Shown one piece after another: positions 10,519-14,361 of a DNA stretch of 14,361 nucleotides. The position numbers and the translations under genes are program-made. The notes beneath the pieces were generated by a model. The model worked only from the letters and a program-made list of their open reading frames with translations. It ran no database searches and was not told where the DNA came from. Location of the stretch: NCBI GenBank assembly GCA_030141605.1, contig JAQGDQ010002118.1, forward strand, positions 1 to 14,361, read 5' to 3'. The first letter of the stretch is position 1. Each line of letters begins with the position of its first letter. Source of the stretch: Tubiluchus corallicola. Taxonomy: Eukaryota; Animalia; Priapulida.

Positions 10519-10752
10519 CGCGTCTGTCACACTTGCAAGGTCATTCTTCAACCTAGCCACACTTGCATGGTCATTTTTATGATGATAATATAAATAATGA
10601 AATTCTTTATTGCTGCTAAAATTAGACATGGATGAACTGTACGCGTCTGTCACACTTGCATGGTCATTCATCAACCTAGTCACACTTGCATGGTCATTTT
10701 TATAATGATAATATAAATTATAAAATTCTTTGTTGCTGTTAAAATTACACAT
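10519..10752. repeat. Tandem duplication with a 123-bp period, each copy containing two 30-bp-spaced CACACTTGCA.GGTCATT motifs
   Basis: CGCGTCTGTCACACTTGCA occurs at 10519 and 10642; the internal motif is at 10528/10558 and 10651/10681. Confidence 0.9.
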
Positions 10753-11303
10753 TAATGAATTGCAAACTACATTCAAAAACTAATAGTATAATCAGTGTTT
10801 CCACTGCTGTGAGCAACATTGTTAAAAATGAATTTACAATTAAAAACACAAGTGATGTTGTAACTAATTGCAATAAAACTTAAGATTCGTTCAAGACTTT
10901 AAAACTTCACAATGTTTACAAATTGAAATTCAAATTAGGTGCTTTATGGATGTTTTGTGTTAGTGACTTGAGTGATTTGTGTGTGGTGGGTTTTAATTTG
11001 TTGATACGATGTTAATGCATGACAGGTTTTGGTCTGCCACTAACTACAGACTACTGGGTCAACGTTGATAATACGTGTTGTTTGATGTTTTTATATTAGT
11101 TATTTTTTGACCACTTAAATTTATGAAGTAAGTTAGTAAGAAAGTATTTTTATTTATCACTTTTTTACAAGAAAAAAACAGAGCATCAAATGATAATATG
11201 ATAATATGATACAAAGTGACAAGATTATTAATCTGAGTTAATGATGTTCAAGTGATTGGTGAAAGGGTGGCGAAAAACTAAAAGTTACTAAAGTCAACCA
11301 CCC

Positions 11304-11305
<2 letters not shown>

Positions 11306-11350
<45 letters not shown>
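11306..11350. repeat. (GA)n microsatellite
   Basis: Directly visible. Confidence 0.97.
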
Positions 11351-11351
<1 letters not shown>

Positions 11352-11470
11352 CCCAAAATGAAGCTATTAAGAACATTTCAATCAGCTTTTTCGTGTGCAT
11401 TTTCCTGTTAGTTCGTCGAGGCATTTTATGATTTGGTTCAGTTTTTGGCTTCCTCGTGTCTTTATTCTAG

Positions 11471-11526
11471 GTTTCAGTCTGCAAAAAAACTACAACGGGT
11501 TTCATCTGGATTTTAAGCTCCTTAAG
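11471..11526 (+). other. Possible plus-strand exon (56 nt)
   Basis: ttcctcgtgtctttattctag|GTTTCAG...CTCCTTAAG|gtaaaa: good acceptor and donor, two open frames, but no partner exon identified. Confidence 0.3.
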
Positions 11527-12265
11527 GTAAAATCGGACCCAATCTTAAGCTGCAGGTCAAAACAATCTACTCTCCAAAAAATTGAAAGGAAACATACGAT
11601 TTTTCAAAAATGACTTTCGTGAAAGAATTATTACCACACAAACACAAGTTCACGTTCGAGACACTAGTTATTCACTGCTACATGCACTTCACCATTCGTT
11701 GGTTAGATGGGCACTAGCGCCAGCATTTCGTAAACGCATTGAACAAAAACAGGTTCTGTACCTCTCGGTTTAGATGTGTTAGTTTGTGACGAACTGCACA
11801 CGTTCAACAGCTCATGTGCGAGAACAGTGATAAATTTGAAATTTCAATTTTTATTTTTAAACTTGCCTTGTTTTAGCACAACACACTGACTATCCTACAC
11901 AAACACTGTACTTCAGTTTTCTCTTTTGTACAATTTTTGCCGTTAAAAATTATGTTCGTTTGTGATGTCATCAATAGTTGGGCTCGCTCGCCTTTAATTA
12001 AGTTTTTAAAATGTATACTTTTTATCTGATATGAAAATGGGGTAGTATTTGAAAAATAATCCTGTCTTCCTTTAAAGAAATGACAAATCACTTAGCATGT
12101 TGGAATTATTATATTGTTTTGGCTTAAACTTGGAAAAATATAACAAATGTATGCAATAACCGCACAGAAGGCTTGATTTTTCCTTTAATAATCAGTTGTC
12201 TATATCATCGCGGATTCATCAAGGGTGTACTGTGAGAGCCTTTCTCTCCCTCTCCCTCTACCTAA

Positions 12266-12391
<126 letters not shown>

Positions 12392-12510
12392 TTACATGGA
12401 TAATTATTACTCCCTGTTACCAAAAGAGATTCCATCACACGTCTTTGCGGACGTGTTCGAGTACACCTTAATCTGACCGCAAATCTTGAAGTGAGGAACA
12501 CTAAAGTCTA

Positions 12511-12553
12511 CTGTAAGAACTGTAACTGTAACTGTAACTGTAACTGTAACTGT
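12511..12553. repeat. (CTGTAA)n hexanucleotide repeat
   Basis: aactgtaactgtaactgtaactgtaactgtaactgt is visible. Confidence 0.9.
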
Positions 12554-13027
12554 TTAGATCGTATTAGTTCGCCTGAGACCTTTTTGCCCTTAGGTACTGT
12601 TATTTTCTCAATGCTCCATTTTCGTTTGCTGTCTTTATCGTTCTACCCTTTACTCGTCTTTCTATTTTTACTTTTCACTCTCTTTCGTCTCCTTTTTCGC
12701 CTTCTTATGACACCCGAAGTGCTATTTTACAGTAAACAGAAGGATGATTAATTTCAGCAGCTATTTTACAGTAATTAAGACGATGAAGAGTCTCTAACGA
12801 GTGAATTCATTCTTGCCAATAGCTTATCCAGATCGCCCCGGCTACAAAAGCAAACCATTCAGCTCGATTGCATGGCAAGTTCTCACGTTCACAAGGCTGT
12901 TAACCCTTTCTGCACTTTGATACTGCTTGCTAGCAAGCTCACCAGTACAAAAATGCCAAAGTTTCTGAGATACTGTCATGGCTGCTACACTGCCAAAAGC
13001 CACATTTTCACCTTTTAGATACCATAT

Positions 13028-13081
13028 AATGTATACATTTAATAAGGAAGACTCCAGAACGCACCCTTGTGGAACTCCGAT
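13028..13081 (-). mobile_element. Short decayed LINE reverse-transcriptase fragment: IGVPQGCVLESSLLNVYI
   Basis: Resembles the conserved non-LTR RT motif GVPQGxVLxPxLFNxYI. There is an in-frame stop just upstream and no YADD downstream. Confidence 0.6.
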
Positions 13082-13409
13082 TGGCTTAAGTTAAAAACCG
13101 TCTAGTTAAACGGTCGATAGCGGCGTGAGAAATCTCACCCACTGTTCTCGGGGACTCGAGGACATTTGTGAATTTTCTGAAATTGTTCTTTGTTTGAAGT
13201 TTTCCTCAAAGTGGTTATGACGAGTGCACCAACTGTTGGCGGATAAGAAGTAGAGGTAATATGCGCTTTCCATTAAGTTTATTTGTTGAGCCCGCCGAAG
13301 TGCTTTTATCTTTGTGATTTATAGCAAGCGCTTCTCTGTTTTTACGAGTTATCGATCCATCATGGTTGCGCTTTGGATGTGTTTGCCTGGTTTCTGTTTG
13401 AGCCTGACA

Positions 13410-13912
13410 ACCTCCTCTCTCTCTCTCTCTTTCTCGCTTTCTCTTTCACTCTCTCTCTCTCTCCCTTTCTCTCTCTCCCCCTTTCTCCCTCTTTCTCTCA
13501 CTCTCTCTCCCTCTCTCTCCATGCTTTCTCAGTTTCTTTCTTTCTATCTCTGTTTCTCTCTCCCTGCCTCTGTCTCTCCCCTCTCCCTCTCTTTTTCTCT
13601 CTTTATTTCTCTCTTTTTCTCTCTTTCTCTCTCTCTTTCATGCTCTCACTGTGTCTGTCTGTCACTCTCTCCTCTCTCTCTCTTTCTCTCTTCCGCTCCC
13701 TCTCTCTTCCTCTCTCTCTCTCCATTCTCTCCTTCTCTCACTGCACTGTGGCTGTCTCTCTCTCTCTCTCTCTCTCCCTTTTCTCCTCTATTTCCCCTCT
13801 TTTTCTCCTCTCTTTTCCCCCTCTCTCTCTCCTTCCATCGCTGCACTGTGTCTGTCTCTTTCTCCTCTCTCTTTCTCTCTCTCTCTCTCTCTCACTCACT
13901 TTCTCTCTTCTT
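13410..13912. repeat. Degenerate polypyrimidine (CT-rich) tract
   Basis: Imperfect (CT)n with recurring CACTGTG.CTGTCT islands. It is the source of ORFs 13314..13976, 13373..14035 and 13646..13846. Confidence 0.92.
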
Positions 13913-14361
13913 TCACAAAATCAAAAAAAAAAAAAAAAAAAAGAAACTCTTGGAACTCTGTACCAGGGTGGAATGAATTTGTTGCCGAAAAACACAATTA
14001 TTCACGACAATGCTTTGTCAATTGGCGTATGCTAGGTAAACCTCGCAGCGGTCCTATTGCAGAAGAAATGCGTCGAGCTCGTGCTCAATTTAAATATGCC
14101 CTACGCGATTGTAAAAAACATCAGCAAAGCATTGTATCAGACAAAATTGCCTACCGTCTTATGCATTGCAACTCCTACCAGTTTTGGAAAACAATAAAGA
14201 AAGAAACAAATTCTAAACTTCCTCTTCCCTCTAGCGTTAATAACGTAACAGGGGAAAATAACATTTGTAATATGTGGGCGGAGCACTATCGCGTTCTTTT
14301 TAATTCGGTTGATAATGGAAATTTGGAGGAGCAGCTGCGCAAAATTACAGAAGATAATATA
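13912..14361 (+). mobile_element. 5'-truncated non-LTR retrotransposon ORF2 segment (endonuclease-RT linker region, possibly RTEX-like), open to the window end
   Basis: 139 stop-free codons from 13945: NSWNSVPGWNEFVAEKHNYSRQCFVNWRMLGKPRSGPIAEEMRRARAQFKYALRDCKK...FWKTIKK...LPSSVNNVTGENNICNMWAEHYRVLFNS. PGWN, W...GKPRxG, RAxFKYAxR, FWK and WxxHYxxLFNS are motifs that precede the RT domain in LINE ORF2. The clade is tentative. Confidence 0.85.

Noticed and set aside
12721-12774. 15-bp direct repeat GCTATTTTACAGTAA as a target-site duplication
   Set aside because: Only 24 bp lie between the copies, so a small local duplication explains it.
12900-12915. TTAACCCTTT piggyBac/MITE-like terminus
   Set aside because: No matching AAAGGGTTAA end downstream in the window. 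The CAAGGGTTAA near 3717 is far away, on the wrong side, and has unrelated subterminal sequence.

Overview
AT-rich, repeat-dense eukaryotic genomic DNA, most plausibly from an invertebrate animal. It is not prokaryotic: I found no operons, CRISPR array, tRNA or rRNA. Almost every long ORF in the supplied track is a translation of simple or tandem repeats. Supported content: (1) many microsatellites, including a ~740 bp compound tetranucleotide block and long purine/pyrimidine tracts; (2) three minisatellites with 33, 76 and 57 bp units; (3) non-LTR retrotransposon remains, namely a stop-free ORF2 segment running off the right end that the ORF track missed, a decayed RTE-like C-terminus, and a short RT-motif fragment; (4) tandem and dispersed duplications ending in microsatellite tails; (5) three candidate minus-strand exons of an unidentified spliced host gene, two of which join in frame. 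The most interesting observation is that the 76-bp minisatellite appears to be an amplified piece of the RTE-like ORF terminus and already shows a 5-unit higher-order repeat. I see no convincing evidence of a novel multi-gene system.
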